From an uncultured bacterium (lineage in GTDB: Bacteria > Krumholzibacteriota > Krumholzibacteriia > Krumholzibacteriales > Krumholzibacteriaceae), in the NCBI GenBank assembly GCA_963786935.1, contig CAWBAN010000002.1:96001-160000 (forward strand): a stretch of 64,000 bases of DNA, given 5' to 3'. Below are positions 1-8,914 of this stretch, one piece after another (within the stretch, counting starts at the first letter, position 1; the number at the start of each line of letters is the position of its first letter). The position numbers and the translations under genes were made by a program. The notes beneath the pieces were generated by a model. The model was not told the DNA's origin. It searched no databases and saw only the letters and a list, made by a program, of their open reading frames with translations.

Positions 1-604
1 GCATCGTCTCGAGGCGCATCCGCACGATCGCGCCCCCCTTCTCGGCGAGAGCGGCGTCCCACGGCTCGATCCCTGCCGGGACGGCGCAGTCGCGCGCCGC
101 GCGCTCGAGGAGGGCGTTCCGCTGCCGCAGCGCCCCCCGGTACTCCTTGATCCCCCGCAGGTACTGCGGGGAGATCTGGGCCGCCGTGTAGTCGATGTAG
201 GCCCGCCTGCCGGCCGGAGGCCCCGAGGCGAGGAGGATGTCCTCCGCGACGAAAATGACTCCCGGAATGATCCCGACGATCTCGGCGAGCCCCGAGGCCT
301 TCCGCCCGTTGCTCGAGACCTTCGTCCGGCCTCCCCGCTCGGCCCCCGCCTCGAGCGCGAAATCGACCCCGGCATCGCTTCGCCCCTCGAGCCGGGCGAA
401 GAAATACTCCTCGCCGAAGCGGATCGCCTCGTCGAGGTTCCGGGTCCTGAACGATCGCCCGAGGGAGAAGAGATAGATCGCCTCGAGGAGATTCGTTTTC
501 CCCTGCGCGTTTCGCCCCGTGATGAGGTTGAACGCGGGCGAGAACGAAAGCTCCGCCCGCGCGATGTTACGGAAATTAACGAGCTTGACGCCCCGAACGA
601 TCAC
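1..604 (-). CDS. recF: DNA replication/repair protein RecF (5' part; runs off the window edge)
   Basis: Not in ORF track. Manual translation from GTG at 604: VIVRGVKLVNFRNIARAELSFSPAFNLITGRNAQGKTNLLEAIYLFSLGRSFRTR, the RecF N-terminus with Walker A GxNAQGKT. Directly downstream of dnaN. Confidence 0.95.
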   Translation of the reverse strand, partial: MIVRGVKLVNFRNIARAELSFSPAFNLITGRNAQGKTNLLEAIYLFSLGRSFRTRNLDEAIRFGEEYFFARLEGRSDAGVDFALEAGAERGGRTKVSSNGRKASGLAEIVGIIPGVIFVAEDILLASGPPAGRRAYIDYTAAQISPQYLRGIKEYRGALRQRNALLERAARDCAVPAGIEPWDAALAEKGGAIVRMRLETM

Positions 605-671
605 CCGCCGTCACCCCCGCCGCCCGCCTGCGCTCGCTGAGCGCGCAGGCACCGCCGCCCCGCCCGGACGA

Positions 672-1778
672 TCACCCGATCCTCAGGGGCATGATGATGC
701 AGACCTGCTTGAGGTTCCCGCCCTCGCTCGCCGGCTTCACGACGGCGGCGTTGTCGGGCCGGTCGAGGAGGAACGCAATCTCTTCCGCGTCGACCGTCCG
801 CAGGATATCGAGAACGTAGTTGGCGTTGTAGCCGACATCCATCGCCTCGCCGGAGAAGGAGGCGTCGATCTCCTCGCGCGCCTCGCCGAGCTCCTGGGTG
901 CTCACGTTGAGCACGACCTTGGACTTGGCGATCGAGAAGACGACCTGCTTCGTGAGCGAGTCGGAGAGGATGGAGACGCGCTTCGTCGCCTCCTGGATGG
1001 CCGAGCGCGAGACGATGAGCTCCTTCTCGTTCTTGGCCGGGATCACCCGCTGATAGTTGGGGAACGGTCCCTCGAGGAGCCTCGAATAGATCGTCGTTTC
1101 CTTCATGTCGAAGCTGATGCTGTTCTCGCCGATCGAGATCCGCACCTCTTTTTCTCCCTCGGTGTAGGTCCGCATCGTCTGGAGCGCCTTCGGGGGAACG
1201 ATGACCTCCATTTTCTGCACGGTGCCGAGGTCGAGCGCGATCTCCACCTTGGCGAGCCGGTGCCCGTCGGTGGCCACCATCGAAATGCCCTTGCGGTCAA
1301 CTTCCCAGAGAACGCCGCACAGCGCCGGCCGTGTCAGGTCGGTCGATACCGCGTAGCTCGTCTTCTGCACGAGCGCCGTCACGATCTCGGGATCGATCGT
1401 GAAATTCGTCTTGCTCTCCTGCTTGGGCAGCTTCGGAAAATCGTCCGCGCTCCGCGCGTTCATGACGAACCGGCTCTTCCCGCAGGAAATCGTCAACTTC
1501 TCCCCCTCGACGTCGAGCTGGACCTCTTCGCCGGCCAGCGATTTCACGATCTCGGCGAGCTTCTTCGCCGGCACGGCGATCTTCCCCTCGGCCGTGACGG
1601 TCCCGTTGACCTTCGACGTCACCGAGATATCGAGATCGGTGGCGGAAATACTGAACACGCCGCTCTCCGCGCTCATAAGGACGGTCGATAGAATGGGCAT
1701 CGTCGTTTTGCTCGGGACGACGCCCGAAATGGCGTTCATTTTATGGGTGAGCTCGCTGAGAGGGACACTGACCTTCAC
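672..1778 (-). CDS. dnaN: DNA polymerase III beta sliding clamp
   Basis: Motifs SATDLDIS, VATDGHRLA, LLEGPFPNYQRVIP, C-terminal IIMPLRI. Start moved to GTG at 1778, which follows a GGAGG RBS. Confidence 0.97.
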   Translation of the reverse strand: MKVSVPLSELTHKMNAISGVVPSKTTMPILSTVLMSAESGVFSISATDLDISVTSKVNGTVTAEGKIAVPAKKLAEIVKSLAGEEVQLDVEGEKLTISCGKSRFVMNARSADDFPKLPKQESKTNFTIDPEIVTALVQKTSYAVSTDLTRPALCGVLWEVDRKGISMVATDGHRLAKVEIALDLGTVQKMEVIVPPKALQTMRTYTEGEKEVRISIGENSISFDMKETTIYSRLLEGPFPNYQRVIPAKNEKELIVSRSAIQEATKRVSILSDSLTKQVVFSIAKSKVVLNVSTQELGEAREEIDASFSGEAMDVGYNANYVLDILRTVDAEEIAFLLDRPDNAAVVKPASEGGNLKQVCIIMPLRIG

Positions 1779-1847
1779 GCCGCTACCTCCTGCCGTGGAG
1801 AGCACGAATGCGTACGAATTTCCAGCTCATTCGAAAATTGAAAAACC

Positions 1848-1876
1848 ATAATACGGCATGCCCCGCGTACCTTCAA
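1848..1876 (-). promoter_or_regulatory. Putative sigma70 promoter of dnaN
   Basis: Minus strand TTGAAG-N17-TATTAT about 70 nt upstream of the dnaN start. Confidence 0.55.
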
Positions 1877-1980
1877 GGGAAAACGCCCGGCGCCTCAAAA
1901 AACCCGCCGCCCCCCCCTTCACACAACCGCCTACGGTTTTAAAACGCCGACGCCATCTTCTCTCTGATTACTCCGGATCC

Positions 1981-2179
1981 TAGTTATAGAAAAATCTAGG
2001 AGTAGGAGTAGGCCCTGTTGATTTGTTGAAACCCTCAAAATTCCCAACCCCCCACGCTTCGTTCTCCCTTTCCGCCGTGTTGAGTGCCCTGTGGGAATCC
2101 CGGGCTTTTCAACAAAAGGGGCGCGGCGGAGGCGATATCACCGGGTATCAACAGGGCGCGGTGTTGACAATGTGGGCAA
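1981..2179. other. oriC unwinding region (DnaA-trios, GC spacer, tandem DnaA boxes) in the dnaA-dnaN intergenic region
   Basis: AT-rich stretch 1981-1996, TAG-GAG-TAG-GAG-TAG at 1997-2011, GCCC, then overlapping box-like TGTTGATTT/TGTTGAAAC at 2016-2032. Further box-like 9-mers at 2090, 2106, 2145, 2162 and 2171. Layout matches the B. subtilis-type basal unwinding system. Confidence 0.8.
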
Positions 2180-2200
2180 GCCCCGGATACCGGCGCCGGA

Positions 2201-3550
2201 TCAGGACGAAAGCTCTTCGAGGAGCGCCTGATATTTCCTGCGGAGCGACACGTCCCGGTCGAGCTCCCGCTTCACCTTGGAGATCGCGTGGAGAACGGTG
2301 CTGTGGTCGCGGCCGCCGAAACGCTTCCCGATCTCGACGAGGGACAGCTCGGTCAGCTCCCGCGAGAGATAGATGCCGACCTGCCGCGCGATGACGACCC
2401 GCGCGATCCTCGTTTTGGCCCGGAGGCTGTCGATCGGGATGTCGAAATGCTGGGCGACCGCTTTCTGGATGGCCTGCACGGCGATCTTCTTCGGCGCACC
2501 GCCCCGCACGAGGTCGGCCAGCACCTCGCGCGCCATTTCCGTCGTGATCTCGCGGCTCGTGAGGCTCGAGTAGGCGAGCAGCTTGATGAGGGAGCCCTCG
2601 AGCTCCCGGATGTTGGACTTCGCGTTCTCCGCGATGAGCTGGATGACGTCGTCGGGGATCTGGATGTTTTCCTTCTCGACCTTTTTCCGGAGGATCGCGA
2701 TCCGCGTCTCGGTGTCGGGGGGCTGGATGTCCGCGATGAGTCCCCACTCGAAACGGGACGTGAGCCGATCCTGCAGCGTCGGGATCTCCTTCGGAGGCCG
2801 GTCGCTCGTGACGACGATTTGCTTGTTCGCGTTATGGAGCGTGTTGAAGGTGAAGAAGAACTCCTCCTGCGTGCTCTCCTTCCCCGCGAGGAAGTGGACG
2901 TCGTCGATGAGGAGGATGTCGATGTTTCGGTAGCGGTCCTTGAACTCGTGCGTGATCCCCGAGCGGATCGCGAGGATCAGGTCGTTCATGAAGCCTTCCG
3001 CCGAGACGTACGAGATGCGCATCTTGGGGAACTTCTCGATGACGCGGTGCCCGATGGCCTGGATGAGATGCGTCTTCCCGAGGCCGGCGCCGCCGTAGAT
3101 GAAGAGCGGGTTGTAAGCGCGCGCGGGATTGTTGGCGACGGCGTCCGCCGCGGCGTGCGCGAAGCGGTTGCCGCTGCCGACGACGAACTCCTCGAACACG
3201 TATCGCGCGTTGAGCTGCGCGTTCTCCGGCACGACGACCGGCTCGTTCACGATCATCGCGCGCGCCGCGCTCGCCTCGGGCGCGGAAACGCGCGGCGGCG
3301 CCGCGGACGCCCTGAACTCGAGCTGCACGGGAATGCCGAGCGTCTCGCTCGCCGCGCGCTCGATCTTCTCCCGGTGATGCTCCGCGAGCCAATCGATGAA
3401 GAACGGGTTGGGCCCCTCGATCACGAGGAGCCCGTTCTCGAAGCTCAAAAGCCGCGTCGGCTTGAACCATGTCTGGAAGGTTTGGGCGTTCACGTGGGCG
3501 CTCACGCGCTCGAGAATGGAGTCCCAGAGGTGTTTGAGGCGGTCTTTCAT
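2201..3550 (-). CDS. dnaA: Chromosomal replication initiator DnaA
   Basis: YNPLFIYGGAGLGKTHL (Walker A), LLIDDVHF, QEEFF, RLTSRFEWGL, NIRELEG, FGGRDHSTVLHA. Confidence 0.99.
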   Translation of the reverse strand: MKDRLKHLWDSILERVSAHVNAQTFQTWFKPTRLLSFENGLLVIEGPNPFFIDWLAEHHREKIERAASETLGIPVQLEFRASAAPPRVSAPEASAARAMIVNEPVVVPENAQLNARYVFEEFVVGSGNRFAHAAADAVANNPARAYNPLFIYGGAGLGKTHLIQAIGHRVIEKFPKMRISYVSAEGFMNDLILAIRSGITHEFKDRYRNIDILLIDDVHFLAGKESTQEEFFFTFNTLHNANKQIVVTSDRPPKEIPTLQDRLTSRFEWGLIADIQPPDTETRIAILRKKVEKENIQIPDDVIQLIAENAKSNIRELEGSLIKLLAYSSLTSREITTEMAREVLADLVRGGAPKKIAVQAIQKAVAQHFDIPIDSLRAKTRIARVVIARQVGIYLSRELTELSLVEIGKRFGGRDHSTVLHAISKVKRELDRDVSLRRKYQALLEELSS

Positions 3551-3657
3551 GGCCGAAACGAGAGGAAAAAAGCCCCCCGATCGCCCCCCGGGATCCCGTA
3601 AAACGGGCGACGAGATCCCGGGCGGAGATCGTTCAAAATCTCACCGAATTGCGGCGA

Positions 3658-3788
3658 TTGCCCACAAATGTGGATAACCGTGCAATTTCATATTTCACAA
3701 GAGAATCAGCAGGATTAGAATATCACTTCCAGAGCGTTATCCACAATTGAAAAATGCAGCCGGGCCAGATGTAAGACAGTGTGGTTAT
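3658..3788. promoter_or_regulatory. DnaA box cluster upstream of dnaA (second half of a bipartite oriC, and/or autoregulation site)
   Basis: Perfect boxes TGTGGATAA (3669-3677) and TTATCCACA (3737-3745). Near-matches TTGCCCACA (3658-3666) and TGTGGTTAT (3780-3788). AT-rich context. Confidence 0.85.
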
Positions 3789-3828
3789 TATCGCTCATGG
3801 GGAAACATCCCCTCATCCCGCGCGGGGA

Positions 3829-3857
3829 AATCTATCATGCCCCCCGCGGCGTATCAA
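3829..3857 (-). promoter_or_regulatory. Putative sigma70 promoter of dnaA
   Basis: Minus strand TTGATA-N17-TAGATT with a TG extended -10; the DnaA boxes lie in the resulting leader. Confidence 0.55.
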
Positions 3858-4031
3858 GGAAATTCTCGCGGGCGGGGGAAAATAATTGTAACACGAAGCC
3901 CGGCAACGAATTAAAAAAACACAAAAGCACATTTGACCCTTGACGCCGAAAACGGCCCCGGAAGCTGTCGCGGGACGATGCGGGGAAAGGCCCGAGGGGA
4001 CGCCACGAAACGAGACCGCGGCATTATTCGC

Positions 4032-4060
4032 TTGACATTCATTTAAGACTTTTCTATCCT
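4032..4060 (+). promoter_or_regulatory. Putative sigma70 promoter of the rpmH operon
   Basis: TTGACA (4032-4037)-N17-TATCCT (4055-4060). Confidence 0.65.
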
Positions 4061-4125
4061 ATTCTGCTTTTATATAATAGGGCATATCGACCAGGGAAGA
4101 TACCCATCACCGGAGAAGGTGCACG

Positions 4126-4260
4126 ATGAAGCGAACGTTTCAGCCTCATAACACGAGAAGGAAGACGACGCACGGATTTCGCAAGAGAATGAGCACGAAG
4201 AACGGCCGGCTGGTTCTGAAAAGGAGGAGAGCGAAAGGAAGAAAACGCCTGAGCGTCTGA
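4126..4260 (+). CDS. rpmH: 50S ribosomal protein L34
   Basis: Not in ORF track (44 aa). Manual translation: [44 protein letters not shown]. Confidence 0.98.
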   Translation: MKRTFQPHNTRRKTTHGFRKRMSTKNGRLVLKRRRAKGRKRLSV

Positions 4261-4280
4261 TCGCGAGGGAAGATATCCGC

Positions 4281-4625
4281 ATGCAATCGCGGAGCCTCAA
4301 GAAGAATAGTCAGTTTCGTCTTGTTTATAGTGAAGGAATGAGGGAAGCCGGGACGAAGGTCGTCATTTACTTTCTCAAGCGCGAAAGCGACGGAGTCGTG
4401 CCCGGGTTCGTAGCGAGCAAAAAAATCGGAAAGGCCTATCAGCGGAACAAGGCGAAGAGGTACATGAGAGAGATATTCAGAAAGCTGGAGAGTCGTTTCA
4501 TCGACACGAATCTCTGGATCGTTTTTGTGGCCTCTTTTCGCCCCGCGGAATGCACGTATCACGAGATCTTGGCTGACGTCGAAGGATCGTTGGGTAGGGC
4601 TGGACTCATCACGACAAACGGATGA
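4281..4625 (+). CDS. rnpA: Ribonuclease P protein component
   Basis: GFVASKKIGKAYQRNKAKRYMREIFR (RNR-motif region); follows rpmH. Confidence 0.93.
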   Translation: MQSRSLKKNSQFRLVYSEGMREAGTKVVIYFLKRESDGVVPGFVASKKIGKAYQRNKAKRYMREIFRKLESRFIDTNLWIVFVASFRPAECTYHEILADVEGSLGRAGLITTNG

Positions 4626-4846
4626 TATCGCGAATTCTCACACGGATCGGCCTTGCGGCTGTGCACATATACAGAGTGGCTGTTTCTCCCTATCATCCAC
4701 CGGTGTGCCGATTCACGCCTTCATGTTCGCGGTACGCGGAGGACGCGCTCCGGCGGCACGGGCCCGCGAAGGGATCCGCGCTCGCGATCAAGCGCCTCCT
4801 GCGATGCCATCCCTTCTCGAGCGGCGGCTACGATCCCGTGCGGTGA
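4622..4846 (+). CDS. yidD: Membrane protein insertion efficiency factor YidD
   Basis: CRFTPSCSRYA...RCHPFSSGGYDPV; conserved position. Confidence 0.95.
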   Translation: MISRILTRIGLAAVHIYRVAVSPYHPPVCRFTPSCSRYAEDALRRHGPAKGSALAIKRLLRCHPFSSGGYDPVR

Positions 4847-4922
4847 CGCGATAGAGCCTCGTTCGCCTGCGGACCCCCGATAACGCCTCAGAGACCCTCC
4901 GGTTTCCGAACGAAAGGACTAC

Positions 4923-6737
4923 ATGGACAAGAGATCGTTGGCAGCGATCGCGCTGACGTTCGTCATCCTGCTCGGCTGGCAGGCGTTCTTCGTGGCGCCC
5001 CAGCAGAAGAAGCTCGTCGCGAAGCGCGCGGCGGAGCTGCGCGAGAAGCAGCGCGCGGATTCGCTCGCCGCTCTCGAGGCGGGGAGCGCCGGAGAGGACA
5101 CGCTCTCGGTTTCGGGCGCTCCGGACACGACGGCCGCGGCGCCTGCGGCGGCCATGGCGCCGGCGGCAGCGACGGCGGAGGAGGGCGCGGCGGCGTTCTT
5201 CCGGCGCGGCGCCGGCGAGCCCGGCGCGGCGAAGATCACGGTCGTGACCGACCGGATGAAGGTCGTGCTCTCGAGCGTCGGCGGTGAGGTCGAGAGCGTC
5301 ACCTTCGACGGCTTCAAGCGGAAAGACGGAAGCTCCGTCGAGCTCATTCCCGAGGGGGCCGAGGGAGGGCTCGCGCTCGCCGTTCAGGAGAACGGCCGGT
5401 GGCGGAAGCTCTCCGGCCTCGGGTTCGAGGCCTTCGTGGACGGCGCGCCGGTGGCCGGCGACGCGAACGTCGTCCTCGGCGAAGGGCGCGAAACGGCGGA
5501 GATCGTTTTCAGGAGAACGGGGGCTTCGGGAGAGCGCGTCGAGAAGAAGCTCGCCTTCGCGCGCGGCGGCTACGCCGTGGGCGTCCGCGTCGCGATCGCC
5601 CGGGAAGGAGAGCTCGCCCGGAGCGCCGCGTATTCGCTCGGCTGGGAGGGCGGGCTCGCGCCGAGCGAGACCGACATCAGGCTGGAGCACAGCAAGTTCG
5701 CGGCGCTCGGCATGGTCGGGGCCGAGTACTATCAGGTGCCCTTGAGCAAGTTCTCCAAGGAGACGCGGCGCGCGTACGACGGAACCATCGTCTGGGCCGG
5801 GGCGCGGACGAAGTACTTCCTGAACGCGCTCGTCGCGGCGAAGGAGAACCGGGGATCGGGCACGCTGGCCCTCCTCGGCGAGCGGGACAAGGGCTACGTG
5901 GGCTACTCGATCGCCTATCCGTTCCGCGGCGATCCGCGCCAGAGCGAGGACTCGTACACGTGGTACGTCGGTCCCCTCGACATGAAGTCGCTCAAGGCGT
6001 TCGGCGTGGGGCTCGAGAGAACGATCGACCTCGGGCGGCTGCGGCCCCTGAGCGTCGGCATTCTCTGGCTCATGGTCTGGATGGAGCGGTTCATCCCGAA
6101 CTACGGAGTCGTCATCATCATCCTCTCCCTGCTGACGAAGCTCCTCTTCTACCGCCTCACGCACAAGAGCTTCAAGGCGATGAAGGACATGCAGCGCATT
6201 CAGCCGAAGCTCAAGGAAATTCAGGACAAATACAAGGGGGACCGCGACCGGCAGAACAAAGAGGTCATGAAGCTCTACAAGGAAGCGGGCGTCAATCCGC
6301 TCGGCGGGTGCCTGCCGCTCCTGCTCCAGATGCCGGTGTTCTTCGCCCTCTACAGCGTCCTGAGCAACACGATCGAGCTCCGGAACGCCCCGTTCGTGAG
6401 CTGGATCAACGACCTGTCGGCGCCGGACCGGCTCTTCGGATGGAAGACGCTGATCCCGATCATCGGCAACGAATTTCACCTGCTCCCCATTCTCATGGGC
6501 GGGGCGATGATCTACCAGTCGAAGATGGGCGGCTCGCCGACCGGGGAATCGGTGCCCGCGGCGCAGACCAAAATGATGACCTATCTCATGCCGGTCATCA
6601 TGACGGTGTTCTTCTACAGCATGCCGTCGGGGCTCGTGCTTTACTGGCTGGTCAACAACGTGGCAACCATCGTGCAGCAGCATATCGCGCAGAAGGAGCT
6701 CGACGCCGAGCAGGCGACGAAGCTCGCGGCGCAGTGA
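4923..6737 (+). CDS. yidC: Membrane protein insertase YidC (long periplasmic domain)
   Basis: MDKRSLAAI N-terminal TM, NYGVVIIILSLL, NPLGGCLPLLLQMPVFFALY, PSGLVLYWLVNN. Confidence 0.97.
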   Translation: MDKRSLAAIALTFVILLGWQAFFVAPQQKKLVAKRAAELREKQRADSLAALEAGSAGEDTLSVSGAPDTTAAAPAAAMAPAAATAEEGAAAFFRRGAGEPGAAKITVVTDRMKVVLSSVGGEVESVTFDGFKRKDGSSVELIPEGAEGGLALAVQENGRWRKLSGLGFEAFVDGAPVAGDANVVLGEGRETAEIVFRRTGASGERVEKKLAFARGGYAVGVRVAIAREGELARSAAYSLGWEGGLAPSETDIRLEHSKFAALGMVGAEYYQVPLSKFSKETRRAYDGTIVWAGARTKYFLNALVAAKENRGSGTLALLGERDKGYVGYSIAYPFRGDPRQSEDSYTWYVGPLDMKSLKAFGVGLERTIDLGRLRPLSVGILWLMVWMERFIPNYGVVIIILSLLTKLLFYRLTHKSFKAMKDMQRIQPKLKEIQDKYKGDRDRQNKEVMKLYKEAGVNPLGGCLPLLLQMPVFFALYSVLSNTIELRNAPFVSWINDLSAPDRLFGWKTLIPIIGNEFHLLPILMGGAMIYQSKMGGSPTGESVPAAQTKMMTYLMPVIMTVFFYSMPSGLVLYWLVNNVATIVQQHIAQKELDAEQATKLAAQ

Positions 6738-6752
6738 AAGGCGGATAATCGC

Positions 6753-7472
6753 ATGGGAATATTCAAGGGCGATAAGGAAAAGAGCAAGGGTCGCGAAGAG
6801 GTCCGGACGGACAGCGTCGAAACGACCGGAAAAACCGTCGAAAAGGCGCTCGAGAAGGGGCTCGAAAGCCTCCACGCGCACATCGACGAGGTCGAGATCA
6901 AGATCCTCGACCCCGGGCAGAAGGGCGTTCTCAGCATATTCGGCTCGCGCGACGCGAAGATCCGCGTCACGCGCAAGAAATCGTCGAGCGGCGTCGAGGA
7001 GGTCGTCGACGAGATCACGCGCGCGATCATGGAATGCCTCGACGTGAACTACCGGCTCTTCTCCGAGGATCAGGACGGGACGACGTACATCAACGTCGAG
7101 ACGGCGGGCGTGGACGGGCTCCTCATCGGCCGCAAGGGGGACACGCTGACCTCGCTGCAGCACCTCGTCGGCAGGATCGTGTCCAAGAGGCTCGGGGGCT
7201 ATCAGCGGCTGACGCTGGACGTCGGCGGCTACCTGCGGAACCGCCACGAGATTTTGAAGCAGAAGGCCGTCAAGGCCGCCGAAAAGGCGAAAAAGAGCAA
7301 CCATGACGTGACGCTCGAGCCGATGTACGCGTCCGAGCGGCGCGTCGTCCACCTGGCGCTCGCCAATCTCGAGGGCATCACGACGTATACGATCGGCAAC
7401 GGCGATCTTCGCAAGGTCTGCATATCGCCGGCGAAGGCGGAGGACGGCAAGCGGCAGCAGGGCAGCCGCTGA
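6753..7472 (+). CDS. khpB: RNA-binding protein Jag/KhpB/EloR (Jag_N, KH, R3H)
   Basis: GKTVEKAL Jag_N, LIGRKGDTLTSLQ KH motif, LEPMYASERRVVH R3H motif. Confidence 0.93.
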   Translation: MGIFKGDKEKSKGREEVRTDSVETTGKTVEKALEKGLESLHAHIDEVEIKILDPGQKGVLSIFGSRDAKIRVTRKKSSSGVEEVVDEITRAIMECLDVNYRLFSEDQDGTTYINVETAGVDGLLIGRKGDTLTSLQHLVGRIVSKRLGGYQRLTLDVGGYLRNRHEILKQKAVKAAEKAKKSNHDVTLEPMYASERRVVHLALANLEGITTYTIGNGDLRKVCISPAKAEDGKRQQGSR

Positions 7473-7478
7473 CGGATC

Positions 7479-8846
7479 ATGGAAAACGACACCATCGCCG
7501 CGCTCAGCACCCCGCCGGGCGAGTCGGGGATCGCTGTCGTGCGCATCTCGGGAAGCGCGGCCGTGCGCATCCTCGACGCGATGGCCCCGGGGGCCCGCGA
7601 GCTTCCCCCCCGCACCCTCTCCCTCGTCACGCTCAGGGACGCGGGCGGAGAGCCGATCGACGAGGCGTTCGCCGCCGTCATGCGCGCCCCCGCGAGCTAC
7701 ACGGGCGAGGACATGGCGGAGATCTCGTGCCACGGGAGCATGCAGGCCGTCTCCGATCTCCTCGACGAAATCGTTCGGCTCGGAGCCCGCGTCGCCGCCC
7801 CGGGCGAGTTCACGAAGCGGGCGTTTCTCAACGGCAAACTGGATCTCGCGCAGGCGGAAGCGGTCGTCGATCTCATCGCCGCCGAGACGAAGCTGCAGCG
7901 CCGGGTGGCGCTCGAGCAGCTCGGCGGCGCGCTCTCGCGCAAGGTGCGCGCCCTCGAGGAGGCGCTCCTCGACGAGCTCGCGAACATCGAGGTGTCGATC
8001 GATTTCTCCGAAGAGGAGCTCGCCGTTCGTTCCCCGCGTGAAACGCGCGAGGAGGCCCGCCGCGCGCGCGCCGCGATCGCCGCGCTCCTGGAATCCGAGA
8101 TCGCGGGCGAGCGGCTCCGCCGCGGCATCCGCGTGACGATCCTCGGCGCCCGCAACGTCGGCAAGAGCAGCCTCTACAACGCGCTCATCGGCGAGGAGCG
8201 CGCCATCGTCTCCCCCGTCGCCGGCACGACGAGGGATATTCTCCACGAACGGATGCACGTCGGCGGATTCACGTGCCGCCTGGAAGACACGGCGGGCATC
8301 GCGGAAACGCGATGCGAGATCGAGGCGAAGGGAATCGAGATCGCGCGGGCGGCGGCGCTGGAGGCGGACCTCGTGCTCTTCGTCATCGACGGCAGCGCGG
8401 AGATTTCCGAAGAGACCGTGGATGAAATCGGCAGGATCGATGCGGAAAAGGTGCTCTGCGTGCTCAACAAGAGCGATCTGGGGCTGCGGACCTCGCCGGA
8501 GGCGGCCCGCGAAAGGCTCGGCCTGCGGGAGGCGGTCGCCGTCTCGGCGCTCGAGCGCCGGGGGCTCGACGAGCTGCGAGCGCGGATCTTCGAAAAGGCG
8601 GTCGGACGATCCGCGCGGGATCTCGACCGCGAGCGCATCGCGGTGAATGCGCGGCAGGCCGCGGCGCTTCGCGAGGCGGACGAGGCGCTGGCGCGGCTCG
8701 AGACCGCGATCGAGGAAGGCGCGTCGGCGGAAATCCTGAGCGTCGAAACGAGGTGCGCGCTCGATTCGCTCGGAGAAATCTCGGGGCGGTCCATGTCGGC
8801 CGGCCTGCTCGAGACCATATTCGCGAAATTCTGTATCGGGAAGTAG
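7479..8846 (+). CDS. mnmE: tRNA modification GTPase MnmE
   Basis: DTIAALSTPPG, SYTGEDMAEISCHG, GARNVGKSS, GTTRD, DTAGI, NKSD, C-terminal FCIGK. Confidence 0.97.
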   Translation: MENDTIAALSTPPGESGIAVVRISGSAAVRILDAMAPGARELPPRTLSLVTLRDAGGEPIDEAFAAVMRAPASYTGEDMAEISCHGSMQAVSDLLDEIVRLGARVAAPGEFTKRAFLNGKLDLAQAEAVVDLIAAETKLQRRVALEQLGGALSRKVRALEEALLDELANIEVSIDFSEEELAVRSPRETREEARRARAAIAALLESEIAGERLRRGIRVTILGARNVGKSSLYNALIGEERAIVSPVAGTTRDILHERMHVGGFTCRLEDTAGIAETRCEIEAKGIEIARAAALEADLVLFVIDGSAEISEETVDEIGRIDAEKVLCVLNKSDLGLRTSPEAARERLGLREAVAVSALERRGLDELRARIFEKAVGRSARDLDRERIAVNARQAAALREADEALARLETAIEEGASAEILSVETRCALDSLGEISGRSMSAGLLETIFAKFCIGK

Positions 8847-8914
8847 CGCCGCCGGGAAAGTTTACAACCTAACAATATGTGAATTAATAACATGCGGCGT
8901 ATTTTATAATTATT

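Noticed and set aside
3551..4700. Lower-GC stretch as horizontally acquired DNA
   Set aside because: Corresponds to the origin/promoter region and short basic housekeeping genes (rpmH, rnpA), where lower GC is expected.
8029..8045. parS-like sequences in mnmE (CGCGTGAAAC), at ~18838 (AGTTGAACGTGAAACA) and at ~21973 (TGTTTCACGTTCGC)
   Set aside because: Half-sites or three or more mismatches to the 16-bp palindrome; not supportable.
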